From an uncultured Eubacteriales bacterium (GTDB lineage Bacteria > Bacillota > Clostridia > Oscillospirales > Acutalibacteraceae): a stretch of 64,000 nt of DNA. Made by a program: the position numbers and the translations under genes. The notes under the pieces are model-generated. The model saw only the letters and a program-made list of their open reading frames with translations. It was not told the DNA's origin and did not search any database. Positions 47,009 through 57,433 of the stretch are shown in pieces; the stretch's first letter is position 1, and the number at the start of each line of letters is the position of its first letter. The stretch is taken from positions 3,000-66,999 of the forward strand of contig OMYO01000004.1 in the NCBI GenBank assembly GCA_900315285.1, read 5' to 3'.

Positions 47009-48142
47009 TCAAATTCGCGTGTCCAGAACATCTACATACTGATCATGGAACCGTGTGAACGTCCCGGCATCCAGCTCATCCCGGATCCTCTCCATCAGCG
47101 TGTTATAGAAATAGAGATTATGCATAACCGCAAGACGGAAATATAGCAGCTCCTTCGCCTTCATAAGATGTCGTAGGTAAGCCTTTGAGAACTGCTGGCA
47201 CACCGGGCAGTGGCAAGCCTCATCAATGGGGCTCTCATCCTCCGCATACCGGGCATTGTTCAGATTGATAATTCCATTCCATGTAAAAAGATGCCCATGC
47301 CGCGCATTCCGCGTTGGCATGACGCAGTCGAAGAGGTCCACACCGCGGTAGACAGACTCAATGATGTTGCCCGGCGTACCGACACCCATAAGGTAACGAA
47401 TTTTGTCCTTTGGTGCGTACGGCTCCACAGCGGAAATGATACTGTACATCTCCTCCTTTGGCTCCCCAACAGCGAGGCCGCCAATGGCATACCCGTCCAG
47501 GTCTAGGTCTGCAATCTGCTTCATGTGGGCGATTCGCAGATCTTCATACGTACAGCCCTGGTTTATTCCAAACAGCATCTGCTGCTTATTCAGCGTGTCC
47601 GGAAGACTGTTGAGCCGTTCCATCTCCTTCTTGCAGCGGACGAGCCAGCGCGTTGTCCGCTCCACAGACTGCTTGGCATAGCCATACTCTGCAGGGTTTT
47701 TGACACACTCGTCGAAAGCCATGGCAATGGTGGAGCCGAGATTGGACTGGATCTGCATGCTCTCCTCCGGTCCAATGAATAGTTTCCGGCCATCCACGTG
47801 GGAGTTAAAGGCAACCCCCTCTTCGGTGATCTTATTGAGTTTCGCCAGAGAGAATACCTGGAATCCGCCGGAGTCCGTCAGGATGGGTCCCTGCCAGCCG
47901 GTAAATTTGTGGAGACCGCCCATGCGTTTCACCAGTGAATCGCCCGGGCGAACATGGAGATGATAGGTGTTGCAGAGCATGATCTGCGTGTGCAGCGAGT
48001 TTTTCAGATCCATGGACGAGACACCACCCTTGATGGCGCCGTCTGTGGCAACGTTCTGGAACGCCGGGGTCTGGATGGTGCCGTCGACCGTCACAAGCTC
48101 GCCGCGGCGCGCGGTGCCCTCTGTCTTCAGAAGTCGATACAT
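47009..48142 (-). CDS. tgt: tRNA-guanine transglycosylase
   Basis: TDSGGFQV; Zn site CHCPVC..; 377 aa. Confidence 0.95.
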   Translation of the reverse strand: MYRLLKTEGTARRGELVTVDGTIQTPAFQNVATDGAIKGGVSSMDLKNSLHTQIMLCNTYHLHVRPGDSLVKRMGGLHKFTGWQGPILTDSGGFQVFSLAKLNKITEEGVAFNSHVDGRKLFIGPEESMQIQSNLGSTIAMAFDECVKNPAEYGYAKQSVERTTRWLVRCKKEMERLNSLPDTLNKQQMLFGINQGCTYEDLRIAHMKQIADLDLDGYAIGGLAVGEPKEEMYSIISAVEPYAPKDKIRYLMGVGTPGNIIESVYRGVDLFDCVMPTRNARHGHLFTWNGIINLNNARYAEDESPIDEACHCPVCQQFSKAYLRHLMKAKELLYFRLAVMHNLYFYNTLMERIRDELDAGTFTRFHDQYVDVLDTRI

Positions 48143-48152
48143 GGTTCCCTCC

Positions 48153-49178
48153 TCAGGAAATCATCATGGCGTCACCGAAGGAGAAGAAGCGGTATTTCTC
48201 CTCAACGGCGGTCTTATAGCTCTGCATGGTCTTTTCGTAGTCCAGGAAGGCTGAGATCAACATGATCAGTGTGCTCTCCGGGAGATGGAAGTTCGTTATA
48301 AGAGCGTCCATACATTTAAATTTATATCCTGGGTAGATGAATATGCTGGTCCAGTCCTCATCCTCGGCAATACAACCGAGCTTCGTCCCCACCGCCTCAA
48401 TGGTACGGCAGGATGTGGTGCCAACCGCAATGACCCGGTGACCGGCGGCGTGGGTGGCATTGATGAGGTCTGCCGTCTCCTTTGGCATCCAGTAATGCTC
48501 GGAGTGCATGTCGTGGTCCTCAATGTTGTCTGCCTTGACGGGGCGGAACGTGCCAAGACCTACATGAAGTGTGACTTTCCCGATGTTCACGCCCATGTCC
48601 TGAATTTTCTGCAGGAGCTCCGGTGTAAAGTGGAGGCCGGCCGTCGGGGCTGCAGCGGAACCGAGTTTGTCGGCATAGACGGTCTGGTACTCGTCATTGT
48701 CCTCTATCTGCTCCTTGATATAAGGCGGAAGAGGCATTTGACCGATTTCATCCAGGATGTTGAAAAAATTGCCATCATAGGAGAAATGGACGACACGGTT
48801 TCCGTCTTCTTTGACCGCGGTCACTTCGCCGACGAGCTTGCCCTCGCCGAAGGTGAAGTGAGTTCCCTCTTTTGCCCGCTTTCCAGGACGGGTCAAGCAC
48901 TCCCACTCGTCCTTGGAAGTCTGGTTCAGCAACAGGAACTCCACAACGGCTCCCGTCTCTTCTTTGACGCCGAAAATTCGGGCAGGGAGAACCTTGGTAT
49001 CGTTGATGATGAGGCAGTCGCCGGGCTCGAGGTAGTTGCAGACATCATGGAACACTCTGTGTTCTATTTTTCCCGTTTCGCGATCCACGTGCATAAGCCG
49101 CGCCGAGTCCCTCGGCTCCGCGGGATGCTGGGCTATGAGCTCCTTCGGAAGATCGTAGTAAAAGTCAGATTTTTTCAT
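48153..49178 (-). CDS. queA: S-adenosylmethionine:tRNA ribosyltransferase-isomerase
   Basis: N-terminus [24 protein letters not shown]. 341 aa. Confidence 0.95.
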   Translation of the reverse strand: MKKSDFYYDLPKELIAQHPAEPRDSARLMHVDRETGKIEHRVFHDVCNYLEPGDCLIINDTKVLPARIFGVKEETGAVVEFLLLNQTSKDEWECLTRPGKRAKEGTHFTFGEGKLVGEVTAVKEDGNRVVHFSYDGNFFNILDEIGQMPLPPYIKEQIEDNDEYQTVYADKLGSAAAPTAGLHFTPELLQKIQDMGVNIGKVTLHVGLGTFRPVKADNIEDHDMHSEHYWMPKETADLINATHAAGHRVIAVGTTSCRTIEAVGTKLGCIAEDEDWTSIFIYPGYKFKCMDALITNFHLPESTLIMLISAFLDYEKTMQSYKTAVEEKYRFFSFGDAMMIS

Positions 49179-49376
49179 GTGAAAACGGCTCCTCCACTGC
49201 GTTTTTCCTGTCTTGGTTTTTTGTTGACTTTGACAGGACCCTGTTATATATTCTATATATTAATATTCTTTTAAATATAAAAAGGCGGAAAGAATAACCG
49301 CTTTATTATATGGCAAAGAATCCCGGTTTACAACCGGTTTTTGTATCTCGATGAATTCAAACTGGAGGTTTCATTC

Positions 49377-50459
49377 ATGAAACAGTATAACGTCGGCATC
49401 ATCGGCGCCACCGGCATGGTCGGTCAGCGCTTCACCACGATCCTGGACAGCCATCCGTGGTTCAACATCAAAGTCCTTGCAGCCAGCTCACGCACCGCTG
49501 GAAAACGCTATGAGGACGCAGTGGGGACCCGCTGGAAACTCTCCATTCCCATGCCCGACAGCGTAAAGGACATGGTCGTCATGAATGCCGAGGAGGACAT
49601 CGAGAAAATCGGTGAGCTCGTGGACTTTGTGTTCTGCGCCGTAAACCTCTCCAAGGAAGAGACAAGAGCCCTCGAGGAAAAGTACGCCAAGGCGGAAATC
49701 CCTGTCGTCTCCAACAACAGCGCAAATCGCCACACCCCGGACGTCCCCATGGTCGTACCGGAGCTCAACCCGGAGCACATTGTCATCATCCCGGCCCAGA
49801 GAGAGCGTCTTGGCACCAAGCGCGGTTTCATTGCCGTCAAGTCCAACTGCTCCCTGCAGAGCTACGTTCCCCCGCTCTTCCCGCTTCATGAGAAGTTCGG
49901 CGTAGAGGACGTTCTCGTCTGCACCTATCAGGCCATCTCCGGCGCCGGCCGCACTTTTGAGACATGGCCGGAAATCCTCGACAACGTCATCCCCTACATC
50001 GGAGGCGAAGAGGAGAAATCCGAGCAGGAGCCTCTCAAGCTCTGGGGACACATTGAGGGCAACGTAATCAAAGACGCCGAGGAGCCCCACTTCACGGCCC
50101 AGTGTCTCCGTGTCCCGGTCAGTGACGGCCACACCGCCGCTGTCTTTGTCCGTTTTAAGAACAAACCCACCAAGGAGGAAATCCTTGATATCTGGAAGAA
50201 CTTCTCCGGCGTACCCCAGGAGCTCAAGCTCCCCATGGCCCCCGAGCACTTCCTGAACTACTTTGACGACCCGAACCTCCCGCAGCCGAAACTCCAGAGA
50301 AATCTGGAAAAGGGCATGGCTGTCTCCATCGGCCGTCTCCGTGAGGATACCCAGTACGACTACAAGTTTGTCTGCGTCTCCCACAACACGCTCCGCGGCG
50401 CCGCCGGCGGTGCCGTTGAGCTCGCAGAGCTCCTCGCCGCAAAGGGCTATTTTGACTGA
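49377..50459 (+). CDS. asd: Aspartate-semialdehyde dehydrogenase
   Basis: GIIGATGMVGQRF; active-site SNCSLQ. ATG at 49377 follows GGAGG; the tracked ORF starts at 49341. Confidence 0.92.
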   Translation: MKQYNVGIIGATGMVGQRFTTILDSHPWFNIKVLAASSRTAGKRYEDAVGTRWKLSIPMPDSVKDMVVMNAEEDIEKIGELVDFVFCAVNLSKEETRALEEKYAKAEIPVVSNNSANRHTPDVPMVVPELNPEHIVIIPAQRERLGTKRGFIAVKSNCSLQSYVPPLFPLHEKFGVEDVLVCTYQAISGAGRTFETWPEILDNVIPYIGGEEEKSEQEPLKLWGHIEGNVIKDAEEPHFTAQCLRVPVSDGHTAAVFVRFKNKPTKEEILDIWKNFSGVPQELKLPMAPEHFLNYFDDPNLPQPKLQRNLEKGMAVSIGRLREDTQYDYKFVCVSHNTLRGAAGGAVELAELLAAKGYFD

Positions 50460-50476
50460 GAAAGGAAGAAACGGAA

Positions 50477-51370
50477 ATGAAACTGGATAAGCCAATTTTC
50501 ACCGGCGCTGCCGTCGCCATCGTTACACCGTTCGACCAGTACGGAAACATCAACTATCCGAAGCTCGCTGAGCTCATTGAATATCAAATTGCCCACAGCA
50601 CCGACGCCATCGTCATCTGCGGCACCACCGGCGAGAGTGCTGCCCTCGACATGGTAGAACACATCAAGGCCATTGAATTTGCCATCAAGCAGGTCGACCA
50701 CCGCGTTCCGGTCATTGCCGGTACGGGCTCCAACGACACGGCCGTTGCCGTAAAGCTGTCCAACCAGGCAGAGGCCGCCGGAGCGGACGCACTCCTTGTC
50801 GTAACACCTTATTATAATAAAACATCTCAGGACGGCCTCGTACGGCACTACAAGTACATCGCCGACCGAGTTTCCCACCCCATCATCGTCTACAACGTCC
50901 CGAGCCGCACCGGCGTCAACATCAAGCCGGAGACGTTTGCCCGTCTGGCGGACATTGAGCGCATTGCCGCCATCAAGGAGGCAAGCGGGAACATCAGTGA
51001 TGTGGCCAAAATTGTCCGTCTCTGCGGAGACAAGCTCGACATCTACAGTGGCAATGACGACCAGATTACAGCCATCATGTCCCTTGGTGCCAAGGGTGTC
51101 ATCTCCGTACTCTCCAATGTTGCTCCGGAGGGTGCGCATGATATTGCCCAGGCCGCTCTGGACGGGGACTTCAAGAAGTCCGCTGAGCTGCAAATCCACT
51201 ACCTGGACCTCATCAACAAGCTTTTCATGGACGTCAACCCCATCCCGGTCAAAGAGGCAATGAACATCATGGGTCTCGAGGTCGGAGACTGCAGAATGCC
51301 GTTGGCTCCCCTCTCCCCGGCTGACCACGAGGTCATGGTACAGACCCTGAAGGACTATAATCTCATCTGA
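50477..51370 (+). CDS. dapA: 4-hydroxy-tetrahydrodipicolinate synthase
   Basis: GTTGESAAL, YNVPSRTG, Schiff-base Lys in AIKEASG. Confidence 0.95.
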   Translation: MKLDKPIFTGAAVAIVTPFDQYGNINYPKLAELIEYQIAHSTDAIVICGTTGESAALDMVEHIKAIEFAIKQVDHRVPVIAGTGSNDTAVAVKLSNQAEAAGADALLVVTPYYNKTSQDGLVRHYKYIADRVSHPIIVYNVPSRTGVNIKPETFARLADIERIAAIKEASGNISDVAKIVRLCGDKLDIYSGNDDQITAIMSLGAKGVISVLSNVAPEGAHDIAQAALDGDFKKSAELQIHYLDLINKLFMDVNPIPVKEAMNIMGLEVGDCRMPLAPLSPADHEVMVQTLKDYNLI

Positions 51371-51385
51371 AGAGGCATATAGAAA

Positions 51386-52147
51386 ATGACAAAAGTACTT
51401 ATCAACGGATATCTCGGACGCATGGGGGCTTTTCTTATCGACCTGGCCTCCGAGCGGGACGACATTGAGGTTGTCGGCGGCGTCGACTACAAAGAGCCGG
51501 AGACCTCCTATCCCTTTGCAACCTATACAGACTACACCGCCATCGCAGAGAAGCCGGACGTCATTATTGACTTCTCCAACCCCAGTGCGCTAGACAACAT
51601 TCTGGCCTATGCTCTGGAGAACAATGTCCCCACCATTCTCTGCACCACTGGTTACAGTGAGGAGCAGCTTCAAAAAATTGAAGCCGCCTCTAAGAAAATT
51701 GCCATGTTCCGTTCCGGCAACATGTCCACAGGCATCAATCTGCTCATAGAGCTTGCCAAAAAGGCCGCTTCTGTTCTCTATCCTGACTTCAACATTGAGG
51801 TCATTGAGGAACACCACAATCAGAAGCTGGACGCCCCGAGCGGCACCGCTCTCATGATTGCAGACGAAATGTCCTCCGTTCTGGACGATGACATTGACTA
51901 CGAGTATGACCGCCAGGCTAAACGCGGCAAGCGCCCGGTCAATGAAATCGGCATCCACAGCATCCGCGGCGGCACCATCGTTGGGGAGCACGAGGTCATC
52001 TTCGCCGGTCCGGACGAGGTCATCCGCATCAGCCACTCGGCAGCATCCCGTAAAATTTTTGCCAACGGTGCCCTGAATGCCGCTGTCTTCATGAATGGGA
52101 AAGAACCCGGCATGTACAGCATGAAAGACGTTCTCGCCGAAGACTAA
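51386..52147 (+). CDS. dapB: 4-hydroxy-tetrahydrodipicolinate reductase
   Basis: EEHHNQKLDAPSGTA motif. 253 aa. Confidence 0.95.
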   Translation: MTKVLINGYLGRMGAFLIDLASERDDIEVVGGVDYKEPETSYPFATYTDYTAIAEKPDVIIDFSNPSALDNILAYALENNVPTILCTTGYSEEQLQKIEAASKKIAMFRSGNMSTGINLLIELAKKAASVLYPDFNIEVIEEHHNQKLDAPSGTALMIADEMSSVLDDDIDYEYDRQAKRGKRPVNEIGIHSIRGGTIVGEHEVIFAGPDEVIRISHSAASRKIFANGALNAAVFMNGKEPGMYSMKDVLAED

Positions 52148-52155
52148 AACCATAT

Positions 52156-52196
52156 AGAAAAAGCGACGGCCGCCCAGAATGGGCGGCCATTTTTTG
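52156..52196. terminator. Bidirectional intrinsic terminator
   Basis: ggccgccca / tgggcggcc stem flanked by aaaaa and attttttg. Confidence 0.9.
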
Positions 52197-52199
52197 TCG

Positions 52200-53102
52200 T
52201 TATTGCTTTTGCGGCTGCGACGGCAGCTGCGAATTGGATTTTTTCTTCCGGGGACGGACCTCAATGACCGTCTTCCGGGTAGCAATTTGATTATAGGAAC
52301 GCTTGAAGGAGATATTGACCCGATACTTTATACCACAGTCATTACAGCGGAAAAATGCATGGAAGGAATTACTGGAAAAGTTCCAGTCCGAAGTCTGCTC
52401 AGCGTCCTTTCCACAGTGCATGCAGTGGCAATTCAGACTGCTCCGGTCTATTTGTTTGTCATCCAGATCCTTAATGTAGTACGGAGTGAACAGGATGCGT
52501 TTGTAGAGTTCGTCGTCACAGTCTACGATGGCGTCCTCAAAGCTGTCATATTCATAGATTTTCTTGAGTATGACGGCGGTCAATTTGCTGTCGTCCAACG
52601 CACGGTGATGGGTGAACTGGTCCGGATCCTCGTTGATGTACTCCGCAGCGTCCGAGAGACCAATCTGTTTTCCCTTCGGTAGGTTCTGCACCTTCATAAA
52701 GTAGGCCTGCAAGTCCACATATTCTGAGAGGTAGTGGATTTTCGGGTCCTTGAAAAAATATTGGTTGTTGCTGATGAGTGTCCGTATGTCCATGTCACCC
52801 CACGACATAAAGATGGGCGGCACTCCGTCCGAGCCCTCCTGCGCCCAGTCTCCGAAGCGTTCATAGACGACCTGATACGGGTCAGCGTCCACCAGATCCG
52901 TATTTCGGATATGAGTCAGCTTCTTCACGTGGGAGTTCAGTTTGGAACTGATCTGGGGCTTCACAAACTCCGAGAACGTGGAAAGGACCTCAAAATCATC
53001 ATTCAGCTTTACGGCGCCGAACTCGATGATTTCATTCACAAAGGCCTTTTTCTGCCGGGAGAATGCGGTATTCCACTCCAGATCCAGAATTACATAATTC
53101 AA
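52200..53102 (-). CDS. DEDDh 3'-5' exonuclease (KapD/ERI-1-like) with a C-terminal zinc ribbon
   Basis: ILDLEWN (exo I), HRALDD (exo III, DEDDh). C-terminal CMHC..(28 aa)..CNDC and a basic tail. TTG start after AAAGGGGA. Confidence 0.8.
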   Translation of the reverse strand: MNYVILDLEWNTAFSRQKKAFVNEIIEFGAVKLNDDFEVLSTFSEFVKPQISSKLNSHVKKLTHIRNTDLVDADPYQVVYERFGDWAQEGSDGVPPIFMSWGDMDIRTLISNNQYFFKDPKIHYLSEYVDLQAYFMKVQNLPKGKQIGLSDAAEYINEDPDQFTHHRALDDSKLTAVILKKIYEYDSFEDAIVDCDDELYKRILFTPYYIKDLDDKQIDRSSLNCHCMHCGKDAEQTSDWNFSSNSFHAFFRCNDCGIKYRVNISFKRSYNQIATRKTVIEVRPRKKKSNSQLPSQPQKQ

Positions 53103-53114
53103 AAAGATCCCCTT

Positions 53115-53516
53115 TCAGACAGTGATATTGTTTTTCAATTTCTCATAGATTTTCTCGCCAATACCCGGCACTCTGGTCAGGTCATGGACCGAGGCAAATG
53201 CCCCGTTTTTCCGGCGTTCCTCAATAATAGCCCGGGCACGGGCCTCCCCAATACCCGGCAGGGACTCCAGTTCCTCCTGCCCGGCCGTATTGATGTTGAC
53301 CTTTCCCGGCTCCGCTTCGGAAGCGGCCGAGGAAGGTACAAGTTCCGTTATATTTGTGGAGCTCTCCGCAGCGGAAACAGCATAATCCAATGCGGGCTTT
53401 TCCGGAGATACCTTTGCCCGGTAGAGCACCGGTGTGGAAAAGATATTATAGAAAAGCACCCCAGCCAGTAACAGCAATGCAAAGTAGAACAGCACCGACT
53501 CCCGATTTTTCCTCAT
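53115..53516 (-). CDS. comEA: ComEA-family helix-hairpin-helix DNA-binding protein
   Basis: N-terminal TM. VNINTAGQEELESLPGIGEARARAIIEERRKNGAFASVHDLTRVPGIGEKIYEKL. Confidence 0.9.
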   Translation of the reverse strand: MRKNRESVLFYFALLLLAGVLFYNIFSTPVLYRAKVSPEKPALDYAVSAAESSTNITELVPSSAASEAEPGKVNINTAGQEELESLPGIGEARARAIIEERRKNGAFASVHDLTRVPGIGEKIYEKLKNNITV

Positions 53517-53607
53517 AGTCGATGTATCCTCTCTAACAGATGGTTGTATTATACACCGTTGCGGTACAGAATACTAATGAAAATGAATTTCCTGTAAACT
53601 TTTCCCG

Positions 53608-54687
53608 CTATTTGCAGTAAAAATTGGTCTCCCAGGCAGGAATATATGGGTGATGCCGCAGATAAATCCGGTAATCCGGCACCGCGTCCCAGATAATCTC
53701 CGGAATATCAAAGAGATCCTCCGTCCTATGGTAAGCGGATATGGCAAGCTTCGGCTGCCATCTTTTTAATGTCTGCTCCATGCCATGCAGCGTCTCCTTA
53801 TCGGCTCCCTCAACATCCATTTTTACATAGGTGACTCGGGCACCGTTCAGGAGCGAATCCAAATCTGTCGTGTGGGCGATTCGCTTTCCGGTATTTAATG
53901 AAGAGCTCCTTCCTCCCCCGCCATCAAAAGGCAGCACCATTTTTCCAGACCAGCTGGCGAGCGGATAGGTATGAATTCTCGACCGCTGCTCCTCCGTGAT
54001 GGAAAGTCCTGCAATGGTCTCTTCCAGTTTCTGATAATTCTTGGAATCCGGTTCCAGTGCATATATGCTGTCAAACTTTCCATTGGTTATGTCCAAGAAC
54101 TCCTCAATGGTGTCACCGCGGTATGCACCGAGATCCGCATAGATCTCGTTGTCCTGCAGCGGAAGAACATTCCGGAACACCTCCTCTCGAGAGGTTTCCG
54201 CAGAGAAGAGATATTCTATTTTCCCGGAGAGCCGGTAATTCAGTAGGGAGAGAAATACATCCTGGGAAGTTGAATCTGCCAGAGCAGAATAGATTGTCTC
54301 TGCCCGATCGTAATTTTTATCCAAATATTCCTCCGTGAATACGGTATTTCCAAAAACCGGCATTTCCGGGGCCAGCACCTCAAACCGTTCCGCCACACCC
54401 CGGACAAACTGAAGCATGTCCGGACGGAAAACGGCAAAGCAGAGTACAATAACGGCATCCTTGTACTTCTCACAGATATCCGAGTAACGTTTCGCATGGA
54501 AGCCGCGGAAGTCCTGCCCACGGTAAAACGCGTCACTGACAAACAAGTCTGTTGCCTGAATGCCGTATTGTTCGAAACTATCAAGGATTTTGTCGGCTCC
54601 GTCCCCGGTGCCATAGAGAATGATGGGGCGCTTTTCCTGTTTCAGCCGGTGCCAGACATCCTCATGTTCCTGCAGATAGAAATTCAA
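53608..54687 (-). CDS. FkbM-family methyltransferase with an N-terminal Rossmann-like extension
   Basis: YADLGAYRGDT and VKMDVEGAD segments. TTG start after AGGAGAAG. Confidence 0.7.
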   Translation of the reverse strand: MNFYLQEHEDVWHRLKQEKRPIILYGTGDGADKILDSFEQYGIQATDLFVSDAFYRGQDFRGFHAKRYSDICEKYKDAVIVLCFAVFRPDMLQFVRGVAERFEVLAPEMPVFGNTVFTEEYLDKNYDRAETIYSALADSTSQDVFLSLLNYRLSGKIEYLFSAETSREEVFRNVLPLQDNEIYADLGAYRGDTIEEFLDITNGKFDSIYALEPDSKNYQKLEETIAGLSITEEQRSRIHTYPLASWSGKMVLPFDGGGGRSSSLNTGKRIAHTTDLDSLLNGARVTYVKMDVEGADKETLHGMEQTLKRWQPKLAISAYHRTEDLFDIPEIIWDAVPDYRIYLRHHPYIPAWETNFYCK

Positions 54688-54707
54688 AAGAAGCTTCTCC
54701 TAAAACT

Positions 54708-54738
54708 AAGAAAAGGCAGCTGCCAAAAGACAGCTGCC
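54708..54738 (-). terminator. Intrinsic terminator after ispH::rpsA
   Basis: Minus strand: ggcagctg / cagctgcc stem followed by ttttctt. Confidence 0.8.
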
Positions 54739-54755
54739 AGAATTATTGGGATAGA

Positions 54756-56720
54756 TTATTCGTCATCCTCGTCGTCGTAGTCCTCTTCGTCAAGAAGAGC
54801 ACGGATGGAGAGGGAGACGCGTTTCTTGTCGTAGTCGATCTCAGTGATTTTGGCCTTTACAACCTCGCCCTCAGAGAGAACGTCATCCGGCTTGTCGATG
54901 TGTCTGTCAGCAATCTGAGAGATGTGGATAAGACCATCAATGCCCGGGATGATGTTGGCGAAAGCACCAAAAGTGGTCATGCCGACAATTTTGCACTCCA
55001 CAACGTCACCGACGTCATAGGTGTTCTGAAGGATAACCCACGGGTTGTCCTCATCCTTCTTATAACCAAGAGAAATACGATTGTTCTCAAGGGACTTGAT
55101 ATAAACTTCGACCGTGTCACCGACATTCAGAACCTCAGACGGATGCTTGATGCGCTTCCATGAGAGCTCACTGATATGGATCATGCCGTCTACGCCGCCG
55201 ATGTCAACAAATGCACCATAAGAGGTGAGAGACTTGACAACGCCAGTGTACTTCTGGCCAACCTCTGCGGTCTCCCAGAACTTCTCCTTGGCAGCTTTGC
55301 GCTCTTCCTTGATGACCGCTTTGATGGAGCCAACGGCACGCTTGCGCTGCTTGTTGACCTCAATGATCTTAAAGCGGACCTTGGTCTTGAGAAGAGAGTC
55401 AAGAGCCTGTCCTCTGCTCTCGGTTGCAAGAGAACCGGGGATGAAGACACGGATGCCCTTCTCCGTGGTGGCAATTACGCCGCCCTTATTGATGTCAGTA
55501 ACAGTACCCTCGAGGATTTCGCCGCTCTCAGAAGCCTCTTCGAGCTCGCTCCATGCGTTGGCACTGTCAAAACGACGCTTGGAGAGCATGATAGTTCCCT
55601 CGGCGTCATTGGTCTTCATAATGACACAGTCGACCTCGTCGCCAACCTTGGCCTCCTGGGCCGGGTCGACGTTGGGGTCGTAGCTCCACTCGTCATATTT
55701 GATATAGCCGGTCTGTTTACGGCCGATATCGACCTGGATATCAGTAGGAGTGACACCTACGATAGTCCCTTTGACCCGCTGGTCGTTAGACATCTTGGAG
55801 AGACTCTCTTCGAGCATTGCTTCGAAGTTCTCCTCCTCGTTGTTAACAACCTCTTTGTTTTCTACTTCGGACATAGCCTCAAGTACCTCCTTTATAATGG
55901 CAGAAGGCGTTGAAGCCCCTGCAGTAACACCTATCCTCTTAGCCCCAAACAGGAATTCGGGCCGGAGTTCCGAAGCGGACTCCACAAGACAAGTTTCACA
56001 GTTTTTCCTACATACGTCGTACAATTTGATAGTATTCGAACTGTGTTTGCCACCGATTACTATCATCCTGTCGCAGCGCTTGGAAAGTACTTCAGCTTCA
56101 TACTGCCGTTCCTCGGTAGCTTTACATATTGTATCAAAAATCGTGGGGTTTGTACATAATGAATTTACAATTTTCATGCAGGTTTCCCACTCATTTATGC
56201 GAAATGTTGTCTGGGACAGCAAAACAGCATGGCGTTTTTGGAAGATTTCACGGTTTTCTTCCAGAACGTCACGGAGCTCCTCGGCAGAGGATACCAGGAA
56301 ATAGGGACATTTCGCGTAGCTGAGCGATGCAGTGGCCTCCGCATGCCCCGGAGTTCCGGTATAAATAAGGACATCCTTATCCGCATCCAGCTTTGAAATA
56401 AGCCGGTGGGTCTTAGAGACAAAGGGGCATGTCACATCCAGGCAGGGAATGCCGCGGCTCTCGAAGTACTCATAGGTGGCCCTTGGCTCGCCGTGAGTGC
56501 GGAGAATGACCTCGGCGTCGTCCGGGATCTCCTCTTTATTTGGTACAAAGTGCAGCCCCTCTTTTTCGAGGTCGCTGTTGACCCTGGGGTTGTGAACGAT
56601 CTCACTCATGGCGTAGACGCGAGGATTTTTCCCGATCTCCTTTTGAATGGAGTTCACAGCACTGGTTACGCCAAAGCAGAATCCGGCATGATCTGCGACA
56701 ATGATTTCCGGCTGACTCAT
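54756..56720 (-). CDS. ispH: Bifunctional 4-hydroxy-3-methylbut-2-enyl diphosphate reductase / ribosomal protein S1 fusion
   Basis: N-terminal IspH ([10 protein letters not shown], three-Cys pattern). The C-terminal half has four S1 repeats (e.g. [27 protein letters not shown]) and an acidic tail. Confidence 0.9.
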   Translation of the reverse strand: MSQPEIIVADHAGFCFGVTSAVNSIQKEIGKNPRVYAMSEIVHNPRVNSDLEKEGLHFVPNKEEIPDDAEVILRTHGEPRATYEYFESRGIPCLDVTCPFVSKTHRLISKLDADKDVLIYTGTPGHAEATASLSYAKCPYFLVSSAEELRDVLEENREIFQKRHAVLLSQTTFRINEWETCMKIVNSLCTNPTIFDTICKATEERQYEAEVLSKRCDRMIVIGGKHSSNTIKLYDVCRKNCETCLVESASELRPEFLFGAKRIGVTAGASTPSAIIKEVLEAMSEVENKEVVNNEEENFEAMLEESLSKMSNDQRVKGTIVGVTPTDIQVDIGRKQTGYIKYDEWSYDPNVDPAQEAKVGDEVDCVIMKTNDAEGTIMLSKRRFDSANAWSELEEASESGEILEGTVTDINKGGVIATTEKGIRVFIPGSLATESRGQALDSLLKTKVRFKIIEVNKQRKRAVGSIKAVIKEERKAAKEKFWETAEVGQKYTGVVKSLTSYGAFVDIGGVDGMIHISELSWKRIKHPSEVLNVGDTVEVYIKSLENNRISLGYKKDEDNPWVILQNTYDVGDVVECKIVGMTTFGAFANIIPGIDGLIHISQIADRHIDKPDDVLSEGEVVKAKITEIDYDKKRVSLSIRALLDEEDYDDEDDE

Positions 56721-57433
56721 ATCGTATCCATCTCCCAGAGTTCCTGCACCTTCTCCTCAATCATTTTGGAGGCGGCACGGAGTTCCTTAGACTTCCGAGA
56801 GCCCTTCGTAAACCCGAGATCCTCATAGGGAATAAGCTCGCCATAACGGATGATGAGCTTCGGACGGAATTTTTTTCCCTGTTCCAGATGGAGGGAAACG
56901 GGAAGAACGTCTGCCTCTGCCTCCCGAGCGAGAAGTGCAGCGCCTGGCTTAAAGTCAACGGGTTTGCTGTGATCCTGATTCCGGGTTCCCTGAGGGAACA
57001 GTGTCAGAACTTTTCCCTCTTTTATGACGCGAGCGGCAAAATCCAAAGACTCTTTGTCCGACGTGTTCCGATAGACTGGAAAAGCATGGTAAAAATCAAA
57101 GACCGCACGGACGGGTGGAGAGTGGAAAAACTCCTCCTTTGACATGAAATACATGCAGCGCTTGCCCTTCATACCATAATATATGTCGATGGGGTCCATA
57201 TAGGACTGGTGGTTCACAGCGAGAATGAAACCGCCTTCCTTTGGAACATTCCAAGAGCCATGGCTCTCCACATTCCGATAAACCAGGTGCATCAGTATAG
57301 TGGCAGGGATATAACTCAGCGCGTAACGCAGTTTGATATCCTTAATTTCCTGATCCCAGTTATATTTGATGGGACCAGGATTGAAAAACGGAAGATTGCT
57401 CTCCTCCATGGCAACTCTCTCTTGAACACTCAT
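56717..57433 (-). CDS. plsC: 1-acyl-sn-glycerol-3-phosphate acyltransferase, paralogue 2
   Basis: NHQSYMDP (HX4D) and FPQGTR. ATGA overlaps on both sides. Confidence 0.85.
   Translation of the reverse strand: MSVQERVAMEESNLPFFNPGPIKYNWDQEIKDIKLRYALSYIPATILMHLVYRNVESHGSWNVPKEGGFILAVNHQSYMDPIDIYYGMKGKRCMYFMSKEEFFHSPPVRAVFDFYHAFPVYRNTSDKESLDFAARVIKEGKVLTLFPQGTRNQDHSKPVDFKPGAALLAREAEADVLPVSLHLEQGKKFRPKLIIRYGELIPYEDLGFTKGSRKSKELRAASKMIEEKVQELWEMDTI

Noticed and set aside
49179-49376. Lysine (L-box) riboswitch upstream of asd-dapA-dapB
   Set aside because: The roughly 200-nt spacer is AT-rich promoter-like DNA with only a short ccggtt/aaccgg hairpin. I could not find the conserved L-box helices or core sequences. 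A covariance-model scan would be needed to be certain.
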